Assembly: GCA_030704615.1 (NCBI GenBank)
Contig: CM060732.1
Coordinates: forward strand, 16,430,001-16,494,000
Source of the DNA: Takakia lepidozioides
Taxonomy: Eukaryota > Plantae > Bryophyta
Length of the DNA stretch: 64,000 bases
Reading direction: 5' to 3'
Positions within the stretch are counted from its first letter, which is position 1, and each line of letters begins with the position of its first letter. Positions 49,701 to 62,489 of this stretch are shown in pieces. Both the position numbers and the translations under genes were made by a program. Under the pieces are notes generated by a model. That model did no database searches. It was not told where the DNA came from and saw only the letters and a program-made list of their open reading frames with translations.

Positions 49701-51153
49701 CGTGCCGAAACGTACCAACAACCTTATGCTCTTGATTGTTTAGAGTGATGGTTGCATTTGTCAACGGCTCGACATACCACTTCTTTCCTCCCTTGCTATC
49801 TTGAAGGAATGGTTTCAGACTTATTCTCTGCTGGTTGTACTCCCACCATTCATCCCATAGGCCCCAACACAAACTGTCTCTTCCTTTGTTGCATTGGGAC
49901 CTTTGCTGTAATTGTCAATCCTCGATCAGATCTCCCCGTTGGGCAGCGTCAACACAAGCGTATGGAGTTTGTGACGAGGATGCTCCCATTGTTGATGCCA
50001 CAATTGGATTGTCAAGTGGTGGGGACGGCAACACAGGTTGACTGACCAAGAAAGAGCTTAGATCCCGTTGCTTTACATCTTTGGCAATCATAGGCTTTGG
50101 AGGCCTTCCTCTCTTTTTGCAAGGTCCTTCACTACTTCCAACCTTCTGGCAAATCTCTGCATCGACATGAGTTTTTCCTTTCACATGCTCTGTCAAAGAA
50201 GATTGCAAAGAACCTGTCCTTGGAAACAAGAGTAGCCACTTCGAATCCAGTGGGCACCTAATCCTTATGGAACCCAACTGCGAATAGTCTCCAATTGTGG
50301 CTTCCACAATCTCAAATCTGTTTCCAGGATTGTCCTCACAAAACCGAGCGACTTCCTCTAATGCCTCCTTCACCCTGTTCTTCTTTGCGTCTAATGCTTC
50401 ATCTGCATTTACAGGGCTGATGACACATTGTGATGAACCCTTCCCATGACGCCTCTCATAGGCTATGCGATGCCCCTCACTCCTCAAATGAGATCTCATA
50501 AAGTTTGCACATGCATCATATGGTTTGTTTTTCCCAGACCGTGCATAAACATCCTCACACTCAACACACCATATGTGGAACATTGCTTGTCCTTGTTGAT
50601 CCTTTGTCATCAGCTCAAACTTGTCACATCGTCCTTCTGCAGAGATTTTCCTTTCAACGGCTCTAATCTCTTTCTGCCATTTTTGAATATCGTTGGATGT
50701 AGCCAACGTGCTGCACAATCTACCAGATCTCTGCTGAAGTGCATGCTCATGTGCATGGTCTTCATTTCCACCATCGCCAGCAAAGGGTGTATCAGGGTCC
50801 ATCCTCATCTTGGTAGACACTGGTGCCGGGTCCTCGCCTGGTCTGTCCTCATGCAAGATCGTAGAACCACTGGAAGATAGAGGTCTTTTCAATCCTTGGT
50901 CCCCATCATTTTGGTCTGAAATCTTAATGTGTACAGTATCCCCTTTCAGAACCATCCTCTCTTCTTGCTTGGCTGAAAGGACACTACCCCCCATGGAAAG
51001 GAAATGAAATTTTGCTGAGACAAGCTCATCACCTATAATTTCTGCTCGGATGCATTTGTATGTGACACCTTGCATAGTGAACACAGAACCAAGCCTGTTT
51101 GGTGATGCATCTCCTCCAACAAGCAGGACTTTTACTTCCAACTCTTCTTCCAT
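46741..51153 (-). pseudogene. P-like transposase, ~1470 codons; one in-frame stop (49915-49917) and two homopolymer frameshifts (~49160, ~48130)
   Basis: AEDET, ASDGD, DFIHNGK, DRQNWAAAQRL and GSDVCEIFFSK parallel the P/THAP9 DE, SD, DxxHxxK, AAQL and QDxLExFF motifs. N-terminal C/H zinc-finger-like units and AT-hook KRGRPPK. Splice acceptor just upstream of the ATG. Confidence 0.8.
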
Positions 51154-52214
51154 GATGAGTTCACCTGCAAAATGCAATGAAAACATTTCAAATCAGACCT
51201 TGATAGACCAATAACAAAGCACCCGGGTTGGAAGGTTCCAAAGTCCTGTTTTATACAACCCTATAGGCTGTCCAAGTAGGAACTACGTTCATAAGAGGAT
51301 GAAATGTATACAGAAGCAAGTACCTGATTGATGAGTTTGATGTTGTTAATTTTTGCTGCTGCTATTGACCAAATGCTGCTACTTCCACTGCTGGTAGCCC
51401 TCTTGGGTGATCCTGAACCCACAGTCCATCCTTGCATCAGCGGCTAGCCCTCCCTCCACACTAACATATTTAAATACAAAGTTCTGTCAAACTCCCTACG
51501 ATGTTGCATGAAGAAATCTCACCTTGTTGACAATATTGTCCCACCGCTGTGGATCAAATTTATAGAACTCCTGCCAGCGCTGTTCCTTGCTCCAAATCTG
51601 GCCCTCTTGGATGATTTTGCGCCCACGATCCTCTCCCTGCATCAACAGCTACCCCTCCTTCCACACTAACAATGCGTACATCATGCCTTTGCAGCTACTA
51701 CTGTGGCTTCCAGTTGACCATCTACCCATCCAGGTTTCTTGTAGCTATCATTCCACATGGAATCATAGGTAATCTGGAGCTTGGAATCCGCCATCTGGAA
51801 ATCTAGGGACGACTCTGATAATAGGGAAAAACAGGCTGAAATGTGTTGAAGAAGGTACCTTCATTAGCAGTCCCTTGTTCTATCTATTATCTTTTTTTAG
51901 GTACTGTCATGCTACCACCTCGGCAGCAACTTGCAAAGTCACTCCAGAGCACCGCAGATCCACCCAACGAGCTAACTTACAGAATTCAATACATATGCTT
52001 CAGGGCTGAGTCTGATGAGAGGGGAAAAACAGGCTGAAACAGGTCAAACCAGAAGGTGCCCTCAGGCTGAAATACGTTGAAGAAGGTACCTTTCATCAGC
52101 AGTGCCTTGCTTTATCAATTGCGCTGTTGCCGCTGCTGTTTCCAGTTGACCATCCACCCACATTGTCCCACCATTGACTGGGGTCAGAAAAGTTCTCATT
52201 CCAAAGCTTCTCTT

Positions 52215-52865
52215 CATCTCTGTGGTGCTATTGTAGGGTGACTTCAATGCCCAAGTGGGCAAAGGGCTCCATCAGGACGATATCATTGGGTCTTCTGGTG
52301 AGGACGAGCTGAATTCTAATGGCAGATGGTTAATTAACTGTCTGGAAGAGCTTCAGCTTTTGACCTTGATTAACAAGACAAGAGGTGACCAAGTGCAGTG
52401 GACTCGTGAAAAATCCCAAACTGGGGAACGTTCCATTGTGGACTATATCATAATGGACAAAAATTGTTCCCCCAGTGTGCCAATGTGTTGATCGACAGAA
52501 CTGATATTGGTACCTCTGTCCACTTTCTGGACTGAGATCAAAAGGTGTTTTCCCAAGGCCAGAGTAGAAGAGATTCTCAAGGACCTGGACCTGGATCCGC
52601 AAGTCTTGACCCTGCTGGATAAATCAGACTTAGAGGCTGTAGTGTCCAAAGCCATGTCTATTGCCATGAGATTGTCTGATGAAAATGAAGTTAGGCATAA
52701 AACTTCCCTGAACTTGTTTCTAGTCAGTGACATGGGGGAGGACATCTTGGATGACCTCAAGGGTCCACCCACTCTCGGCACTAGACTGAAATTTAAACTC
52801 AGGGAAGGAAGCCTACCTTTGAACATGAAACAGAAGCAGAGAGGAAAGGGGGAGTGCACTCTCCC
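52215..52865 (+). mobile_element. LINE fragment (endonuclease piece fused to a C-terminal piece), same family as 53376-55900
   Basis: GDFNAQVG...NSNG...SIVDYI joined to ILKDLDLDPQVLTLLDKS...TRLKFKLR. Confidence 0.85.
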
Positions 52866-53375
52866 AAGTGAACCTGCATCATTCAGTTGGCAAGACCGTG
52901 TCTGAAAAATTGATCCATTTGAAGACACCACGGTGCAGCTGAGCACAGCCTGACATGACAACAATTAAACATCATACTGAGACAAGAGAAGCAGTCAAGG
53001 ACACAGTCATGCATATGGCAGCAAGTGATCACCCTTCAAACATGATTGAAAACATACATGAGGTCAAAGGCAATAAGAAATCAGCGAAGGGTACTGCAGC
53101 TAACAGTTGGAGTGTCTTTAAAGACAAAGGGAAGAGAAAGAAACACTTCACTGGCAATGAGGGGAGGCTGTGGAAACGCCAAGAGGATGGCACAAATGAT
53201 AGAAATAACAGGGCTGGGCAAAGGATCCTGCAGGAAGAAGAAAGGGTATGTCAGCATGGAAAGGACGTGCGGCTCATTCCAACAAAAGGGGAACATTCGT
53301 GCAGTTAAGTACAACAACCAATTGCCCTTCAATTATGGCTGGAATTTTCCAAAAGGCGAGGGATGATAAGGATGA

Positions 53376-55900
53376 GATTGTACTCATAAGACGTTGTTTG
53401 CCGTAGCCTTGTGGCCATTGACCCCGCGCCCAGTTTCAGTGGGAACAAAAGGAACAGGGCTGACGTTGGTAGTAAGACTTACCATCGTATAAGGAATTAA
53501 TCCGGGTTTTCCAGATATCCTCTAGAAAACCCTTCACACAAGCATCAATCTGCTGTGTGTGATTTGCCCAAAAACTAGGCCTCAGGAGGGCCTGGGCTTT
53601 TGGCTCAGCCTCGAGACTTTCAAAGTTGGTAAACAGGGGTACAGGCACAATTCCCTTGATAGAATTGAAGAGAGCCTCTCTTTGGTGAGAGAACCCGGAC
53701 AGCGTATCAGAAAATGAATACTGTCTTCAGATTGCCCACACAACGGACAATTGCACTCTCCCTTTCCTCTCTGCTTCTGTTTGCTGTTCAAAGGTAGGCT
53801 TCCTGCCCTGAGTTTAAATTTCAGTCTAGTGCCGAGAGTGGGTAGACCCTTGAGGTCATCCAAGATGTCCACCCCCATGTCACTGACTGGAAACAAGTTC
53901 AGGGAAGTTCTCTGCCTAACTTCATTTTCATCAGACAATCTCATGGCAACAGACATGGCCTCAGACACTACAGCCTCTAAGGCAGATTTATCCAGCAGGG
54001 TCAAGACTTGCGGATCCAGGTCCAGGTCCTTGAGAATCTTTTCTACTCTCTTCTGCCAGGACTTAGCCTGTTTGACAGGGCGGTCCTGTTTCCAAGATAT
54101 AGAGTCAATCAACTTAGGATATCTGGTGTTGGGCATATGTTGCAGCTGACCCCACCATCTGACCTTGAATTCATCTCGTCGGGAGCTTAAGGATGGAATG
54201 CCAAACTCACCCCGAACAGCCACATTGGCTGTTTTGGAGCATGCTGACATACACTCCTTAAGCACCCCCACTTGAATGGATTCTAGAGACTTAGCCTGGT
54301 TGGAGTTATCAACCCATATAGCAGATCCGTACTCCAAGGCAGGTCTAATAACGCGACAAAGCATGGTTTTCTTAACCTCAGAGATGACCCCTCTGCAGTG
54401 GAAAAATTTAGTGAGCCCCAGAGCTTTGCCCTTGCCAGTTCGAACAACTTTCCGGATATGTGCATCCCAATTACAATTGGAGGAAAACTCAACGCCCAGG
54501 TAAGTGTAGGAAGGGAGGACCGGGATCTCTTGGCTACCCCACTGCCACTTAAGATCACTTCCTCCCTCTCCTCTGTCGTTGAATGCTACCACTGCACATT
54601 TGCTGACATTAGCCTCTAGCCCCCAAAGATCAAAGTATCTCTTCGCGCAATTAATCAACTCCTGGTGTGATGCCACGGTAGTTCCCCGGTTCTTCTCTGT
54701 CACCCTTCTTGTATAGACTGACAATGACCCCCTGTCGCCAGCGAAAGGGGATCATTTCAGTCTTCCAGATAAGGTTAAAGAGGAGAACTAGGGCCTCTAT
54801 CATGGGATCGCCACCGTGCTTGATAAGCTCGTTGACAATACCATCAGGTCCACCAGCTTTATATCCATTTAAATGTTCAATTGCTTCCACAATCTCAGAA
54901 GAACTAATGGGAGCGTTATAAGCCATTGAAATATACTCCAGTTCATCAGGGCTGTTTTGAATCATAGGAACAATTTTTCCAACTGTGTCCCTCCATTCAG
55001 CAGAAGACCCCTCACTGTTAGACCTAGAAGTTCTGCCAAGGATACTATAGTGATTTTCAAAGGTTTTGACAATGTCAACCGATGAAGTCACCACTGCACC
55101 TTTAGTAGTCTTCAGCGCTTGTACTTGCTGACCATTTTTAGGCTTGTACAAACGTTGAAGGGCCAACCATAATTTCTTGTCATTACCACCATGGTGGTTT
55201 GAGTTTATTTCACTGTATAACTTATCCCAGTATAATTTCTTCTGAGACCTAACAAGCTGATTGATATCTTTCCGGAGCTGATAGTACCTCGCCCACAATT
55301 CTCTGTTGGTTTTCAAATTGCAGCACTCTTTATAGAGGGCTCGTCCTCACCAAAAGGCCCAATGATATCGTCCTGATGGAGCCCTTTGCCCACCCGGGCA
55401 TTGAAGTCACCCAATAGCACTACCTGACCTTTGGCAAGGAACGAAGCACAGTCCAGCTTTACATCTTCGAAGGCTTTGTCTGCGTCAGCACTAAGGGTCC
55501 CCTCTGTGGGCATGTAAACACAACCCACAAATAGGTCCTTCGTACTCATGCCGCCCTTCAGATTCAGTTTTAGCCAGATACTATGTTCGTACCTCAAACC
55601 CTTGTTGATAATTTCACAATTATCAAACAAGAAATCACGGACAAAGAATCCAACCCCTTTTTGACCGCGTTTGGCAGAGGCTGCCTTGAGAGTACACATC
55701 CTACCTGCCCATTTATAACCATTGACATCTCCAACCAGTTTATCCGAAGTTTCCCATGTTTCTTGCCCAGCACAGATATGAATATCATTAGTCCGAAGGA
55801 CTTGTCCCACTTCGAGTTGTTTCCTTTGGTTAGTAAGCCCTGAGAAGTTGAAAGTGGCCAGCCGCAAGCCAGCCCTTTGCATGTGAATTGTTTGTCGACA
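53376..55900 (-). mobile_element. Non-LTR retrotransposon (APE-RT-CCHC; RTEX/RTE-like), internally deleted
   Basis: APE: LATFNFSGL, GQETW, VYMP, LGDFNAR. RT start: KAGGPDGI, LYKKGD..NYRGIT. RT end: ANVSKC, YTYLG, IRPALEYG. Zinc knuckle CPLCGQSEDSIHFLIRCP. No poly(A) tail. Confidence 0.9.
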
Positions 55901-58256
55901 TCTAGGTAGCTTGGGATTGCTCCTGGACGCCCAACCGTTCTGCAAAGGGGGGACAGTTACCCCATGTGTAGATTTTGCTCGTCTTGTGTAAACTCTTGAG
56001 TACCAAATCCTTCAGATTCAGGACGTTCAGGTTCTGTACACTTAGGGGCATCTTGTCCCTCTGGCTGTTTGGATTCAATAAGGATGAGAATAGGCCTAAT
56101 ACAGTGAGTACAACCATTGTGTCACGCCAATCATTATTAGGAAAGAAAATAGGCCTAATGTGCTCATTACCTCTGATGACTGGGAATCTTGATGCCCATG
56201 TCCTCCTGTCATTGCTGCACAACAATCCGCCACCACACCCGCATATCATCACCGATCAGCCCAGGCCTGCCCCACATTCCCGCGCACTTACTTCATCCCC
56301 TTCGATTCCTGCCCTCTACATACATCACAACCTCAAACCTTCTCCCAAATCAGTGCCCTCACCACATTCTGGTGCCCTCACCACATTGTTCTACCATGCC
56401 CTGTGGAGAGGAGGGGAGAGGAGAGGAGGAAAAAGAGAAAGCCCGCGGAAGGGAAGGCGAACGCGGGAGAGGAGGAGAAAGAAAAGAGAAAGCCGCGGGA
56501 GGTCAGGGGAGAAAGATCGTGGAGCGAAAAAAAAAAAAAAAACAAACATACAAAACGACGATTCCACGATTCGATCCCGGGATGCATCGCGGCGGAATCG
56601 CCATTCTTACCACTACACTATCCCTAAAAACTCAACAACCCCCTCCTGTAAAATTATATTTAAGGTGTTTTAAACCCCCCTCTGTATGTATAATGTTGTA
56701 CATGGGGGGGTTTAAAATACCCCCTCCTATGCACGCACGTGGCTGGTACATTTAATGAGGAGTGCACCCCCCGGGACCTTTTGAGACCAAGCTCTTTTTT
56801 TCTTGTGCCTGGCAAGACTTTGCTTTGGTTAAGGTAGCAGTGCTGTGGTGCTGGCGGAGTCCTCCCTGCACGGTTAGGCTTGTGGAGAGATGGCGTCTCC
56901 CCCAGACAATAAAAAAATAAAAATAAAAATCTTTTTCTGTTTGTGTTGCTTCCCTGCTTTCTTTGGCATTCTCTGCGTTTAGATTGAAGTGTATTTGATC
57001 TCGATAGCAAGTGTGGAAGCCTGTTACTCACCTCGTGCATCCTCACTAACTCACAATGCGTTGTGGTTGTTTTTGGGACGGGCACAGGTGAGGGCTTCCA
57101 CTTAATATTCTGATGTCTAGGTGTTGTTGGATGCCAAGTGGGATTGCAGAGCAGGGGAAGGAATCGCTTGCCAGGGACTCATCTTAAAATGTTGAAAAAC
57201 TAAACTACTCTATGGTTTCTCTTGATCCTACCTCTTTCCTTCCTTGATTTTTGAAGAACAAGTGTAATGCTTTCTATGATGGGCTATTTCGGCCTAGCCA
57301 GTGGAAAACCTCTGTTATGTGGTGACAGCCGAGTTTATGATGGCTTGTGTGAGAGACACACATCTGTTTTCCAGGCCCTAGTTTGCTTTGTTTACCTTAT
57401 GGTAGTTGGAAACAAATTGAGAGGCTGCAAGGAACTGTTTGCTGCAGCTACTCGGGTACCTCTGTTAGTAAAAGGCCCCTGTTATGTTCCAACCCAGATG
57501 GCTTTGTTAGCTAGATGCTTAGGCCAGGGTATGGTGAAGTTTATGCCTGTGGCTATTCGGCTGACACTGAAATATGGCAGTAATATAAATGGTAACTGGT
57601 TTTTGAGGTAGCCAGGGTGGTCAAGTGGAAATACCCCCTGGACATGGTGTAATGACATGGTCAAATGTGGAATGATGTGAAGGGTGTACTGACAGTATCA
57701 TAAACTGTCACAGGATGTGTATGCAGTCCTTTATATTTACCTTGCTGTGTCATGAACTTTGATTTTCAGGTGTAGCAAGAAATAAAGATATAGGGGTATT
57801 CTGGAAAACTTACCAGACATATCCACCTCCCCTGTGGGGGCAAGCTGTGCTGCAGACCAGTCTAAGCAAATACTGGCAGGGCAAGGTATTTAAAATCTGT
57901 GATGTCCAAGTGTTCTTTTTTCTTTAAAAAAAAAACCCCCTCCATGACACCCATGGGGTTTGAGTAAGTATGCTTGGATTACAGCTTGCGGATAGTAAAT
58001 ATGTATGACCATTTGACCTACACCACATCAAGGCCAAAATATGGTCAAGTACCCGCCATCCCACCCAGACCTGTGAATGTGTATCATGATCATGACTGGT
58101 GGTCAATCAGCATTAGTGAAATACTCTTTGGGTTATGAATATTACTGACATGAACACATTACTGTGCATGGATGTAATTCTGAATTTCTAAGCTTGATGA
58201 TTGATGGATGGTGCCACGGTTAAGTGGCCGATATGTCTAATTATTCTTCTTATTCA

Positions 58257-59172
58257 TGACAACAACCCTAGCGGTCCTGTCTTTGTCTTGACATGACAAA
58301 AAGTATCTTCCCTCTCTTTTTTGCTGCTCACAAAAACAAACAAACCACAAGGGAGAGAGGGTGCAGAAAAAGTTAAAAAGATTGTACTCATAAGATGTTG
58401 TTTGTCATAGCCTTGTGGCTATTGACCCCGCGCCCAGTTTGAGCGGAAACAAAAGGGACAGAACCTGCCTCTGTCAGGGGCTGATGTTGGTAGTAAGACT
58501 TACCTTCATATATAGAATTAATCTGGGTTTTCCAGATATCCTCTAGAAATCCCTTCATACAAGCATCAATCTGTTGTGTGTGATTTGCCCAATAACTAGG
58601 CCTCAGGAGGGCTTGGGCTTTTGGCTCAGCCTTGAGACTTTCAAAGTTGGTAAACAGAGGTACGGGCACAATTCCCCTGATAGATTTGAAGAGAGCGTCT
58701 CTTTGGTGAGAGAACCCCGGACAGTGTAGCAGAAAATGAGTAATGTCTTCAGATTGCCCACACAACAGGCAATTGCACTCTCCCTTTCCTCTCTGCTTCT
58801 GTTTGCTGTTCAAAGGTAGGCTTCTTGCCCTGAGTTTAAATTTCAGTCTCGAGAGTGGATAGACCCTTGAGGTCATCCAAGATGTCCTCCCCCATGTCGC
58901 TGACTGGAAACAAGTTCAGGGAAGTTTTCTGCCTAACTTCATTTTCATCAGACAATCTCATGGCAACAGACATGGCTTTGGACACTACAGCCTCTAAGTC
59001 AGATTTATCAACCCATATTGCAGATCCGTACTCCAAGGCAAGTCTAATAATGCGACAAAGCATGGTTTTCTTAACCTCAGAGTTGACCCCTCTATAGAAA
59101 AAGTTAAAAAGAGAGAGGGAAGATATTCATGTCATGTCAAGACATGGACAAGACCCACTAAGGTCATTGTCA
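58257..59172. mobile_element. MITE-like inverted repeat (~70-bp arms) split by a LINE insertion
   Basis: 58257-58322 (TGACAACAACCCTAG...GTCTTGACATGAC...TCTTCCCTCTC) is an imperfect reverse complement of ~59106-59172. Confidence 0.65.
58382..59095 (-). mobile_element. 5'-truncated LINE copy with TSD
   Basis: Matches the 3' end of the 53376-54395 LINE; flanked by the direct repeat AGAAAAAGTTAAAAAGA (58365-58381, 59096-59112). Confidence 0.9.
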
Positions 59173-60137
59173 ATTAAAGACATAAACAACCCAAAATAGG
59201 GCACCATCTAACATTTCCATTCTTGTCATAGCTTCCCATGAATTGACATCACCCAATCAGTCATGATAAAACAGGGTGGGAGGGCGGGGTTTGTTCATGT
59301 AGGGGATGCAAGCATCTTGAACACCCGAGATCCGGCCATCTTGAATCATGTGTTCATGTGTGGGATAAGATAAGATATTGTTGCCCCTGTGCAGGTTGCA
59401 AGGCCTCTTGGTTCAGCCTACACACATATCTTACCAGCAGGTCATGTATTGAAGGAGCATAAAAATGCTGAGGTCATGCAAAGGGCAAGGTACCATGGTC
59501 CAGCCTGCCCTATTACCATTTCAAGACACGTTTTCACACATACATCTTGGATATGATCCACAGGTTGCAGCATCTCACATTTTCAGCCATTAATTATGGC
59601 AGGTTATGCATCAGCCAAGGCATAAGGACCAGCCTGCAATTTGTCAGAATCACAATATGCCACCAAGCAGTCCTACTTGGGCACGATGAAATAAATTCCA
59701 TATCATTTGTATTCACCACGAGACATGTGATCATACAAGGTGTCAAGGGAATGTGAACTCAGCCTGTCAAATTGCAGGTTCAAGACTTGTATATACAAGC
59801 AGCTTGAACAGCCGAGATCCAGCCTCTTTTGCATATAAAAAACCAGATTGCAGGTCATAGGCCTGATGTCATGACAAAGCCAAAACTATAGGTAGGATCC
59901 CATTGCAGCTTTCCATCCTCATCCTTCAAGAGTTCCATGCTAAAGCATACAAAGAACACCTCACTGTGATCCAACACTCAACAGAAACAGGCCCGAAAAG
60001 GATAGGTCGGTCCCGTATCAGGCTGCCGCCATACCCTTCAAGGCCCACCATGTCCATAGAGACCCAAAACCGCCAAAAACATACCACCTAAAACCAGATC
60101 CTCTTTGGCCAAAAGAACTTATAACCTAGCTCAATAA

Positions 60138-60525
60138 TCCACAGGCCCTGCTGTCAAAGATCAAGAGGTAGGGTATGGTTTGTATGCAAGCCTCAGGAGA
60201 CAGGCCAGTCAGGCCGAGCTGCTCATCGACGGCAGAACGACAAAGGCCAAAAACCAGGTTGTAGCATGCCAAACCAGGAGCAGTCGGGTTGAAATCGGGG
60301 CTGCAGGCAACAGCCACCTCACAACGCAAAAACCCACAGGCTTTGCTGTCAAAGATCAAAAGGTAGGGTATGGTTTGTATGCAAGCCTTGGGAAACAGGC
60401 CCGTCAGGCTGAGCTGCGCATCGGCGGCAGAATAACAAAGGCCAGAACGCAGGCTGTAGCATGTCAAGCCAGGGGCAGTCAGGTTGAAATCGGGGCTGCA
60501 GGCAGCAGCCACCTCACAGCGCACA
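60138..60525. repeat. ~195-bp tandem duplication
   Basis: CCACAGGCyyTGCTGTCAAAGATCAA...GGTTGAAATCGGGGCTGCAGGCArCAGCCACCTCAC occurs twice. Confidence 0.9.
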
Positions 60526-60889
60526 AACCCCTAGGTCTCCTCAGCCCATATCTCAATCTGCATGCTCAAGAAACTTCAAAGTAGGTGAGGATCCTCACCT
60601 GGTCCCATCACAAGCCCCCACAAAAACCAACAGGTTAGTGAGGATTGTGGAACCCCAAGTGAATCACAGACCCTCACACTTGTCATCGATGTCAACTAAG
60701 AAACTCAAAAGCAAGAGAAAGAGATAAGAACATGAGAATCCCTAAACTCCAAAGGCACCTTAAGCGATTGGGGAAGAGGGTTATGCGCCATCACCACCCG
60801 CAGCAAGCCGCCTCCACAAAGCACATAAGCAATGAAGCAAAGCAGGCACAATCGCAAGACACTAGAAAGGAGGGAGAGAACTTCTGGAA

Positions 60890-62160
60890 ACCTACTTCCA
60901 TGAATGTAGTCATATCCACATCGTCGCTTCACCTCCAGAATGGAGTGCATATCCGAGCCGCCCAATTTTCTGTTTGCATGAGACAATGTGGTTTCGGACA
61001 TTCGGTGAACATACGTGGGACACCGACTCCAGCAATGCCTCCATTTTCTTCTCATCGAGAGGAACTCTATCGGAGCCGTCTTCCGACATAATTCTGGCCA
61101 ATGCCATCTTATGGGCGGCTTGGAGCTGTATCTGTTTGGGTTTGGCACACCGGTCTCAACTTAACCTCCTCCTGAACGAGCTGCTCTGCCTCGTGGGCAG
61201 CCTCCCGCGAGTTCCCCCTCGCCAATTTGTGACAATGGGAACCAACGTGTATGCAAGCTCGGGTGAGGTCAGGGAAACGGTGCAACACATAGAACTGCTT
61301 GGCATTACAAACAGACATGCAGTGTGGTGGCTCTTTGCAATGCGCACACTTAAATGTGGAGTTCGGAACTTCTCTTGAGCTCGAAATGGTTGATGAGCTA
61401 AGCCTGTCCAATCGGTCTCGTTCCTGTGACCTCTGGATTTAAAATGGAAGCAAGTTGGGGAGAAACACTGCAACGCGCCCGCACAAACAACGTAGCGCAC
61501 CCGCACACCATCGAGCATCTTCATGCTGGTGGTTTTGGTGACGCACCAAGGATGACCCTCATGTTTTCTATCCATATCTGTCAACATTCCGGACGCCCTC
61601 GAGTAGTCCGTCCGAGGAGGGAACTCAAAGAAGATATTACCGTCGACGTCTGCGGGAAGGCATGTAACGGATTTAATGGCGAACTTGCTGTAGTCCAGCC
61701 CGGCTTGCTCCAAGCGGTGTCCCTCCATGTGAAGCCCTCGCAGAATTTCAAGAATAGATCGAACTGCGGTGCTCGTGCTGGGAATATGACTCCCTCGTCC
61801 ACTGACGTCCATTGAGGAGTTGCCTGATCTCCAGGACGACCTCGGAACTTCCATGACCTCGTCTGAGTCGGACAGGTTGTGAACAACCCGGTTCTCGCTC
61901 GTCTTCATGGATGGGTTCGGCTCTGGATTTACTTCGTTGCGGACTTCTCTCTTTGAGGTAGCCACTCTCTGATTCGCGGATTGTTTCGTGGAAGGCGCCA
62001 GGATAGAAGGTGCATTTGGCGGGCAAATGAAGTCCCCAACAGCCCTGTATATGACGCTGTCCGATGGTGGAACTCGCCATTCCCTGCCATCGCCGAAATC
62101 ATCGTGGAGCACAACAATACTCTCGACAACAACGCCGTTTGAGTCCTTCTGCATGGAAAT
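60890..62160 (-). pseudogene. GCM-like zinc domain protein, probably the N-terminal half of a MULE-type transposase; truncated and frameshifted
   Basis: MDRKHEGHPWCVTKTT..RYVVCAGALQC.SPTC...NETDW / CAHCKEPPHC..C.AK..Y...TRACIHVGSHCH fits the WRKY-GCM1 pattern (CxGxxxC...CxxC...HxGxHxH). No DDE domain in the window. Confidence 0.65.
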
Positions 62161-62489
62161 GAAGCTCTATGCTCGTGAGGAGGGCAGTACACTGTAGCGC
62201 TCGGGTTTTCCGCCATGGGAGATGTGCACACAAGACTCCCAGGATGGCGTGCCGGCAAGCTCTCTGGTAGAAGGGGGATGTAGCGACGGGAAGGAATGCG
62301 GTGCCGATTTGTCCGAGCGACGAAGCCTGATCCAAATCCAGGGAGCCAACTATCTCAAAAATCCACAGTCGGAGTGTTAATGAACCTTGTCTCAGGAATG
62401 CGGCCCCTGGTCTTTGCGCAATAACTGCCAACGGTATGCAGTCAGAAAGTGGGGGGCCGTCCGGATGATGTCGGCTGAAGGGGAGAAGC

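Larger units (their letters stand above)
46438..56775 (-). mobile_element. P-element-like DDE DNA transposon with both ends intact, 10,338 bp
   Basis: TIR CCCGGGGGGTGCACTC at 46438-46453 and 56760-56775 (imperfect to ~45 bp); 8-bp TSD ACCTTTTG at 46430-46437 and 56776-56783; P-type transposase motifs. Confidence 0.88.
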
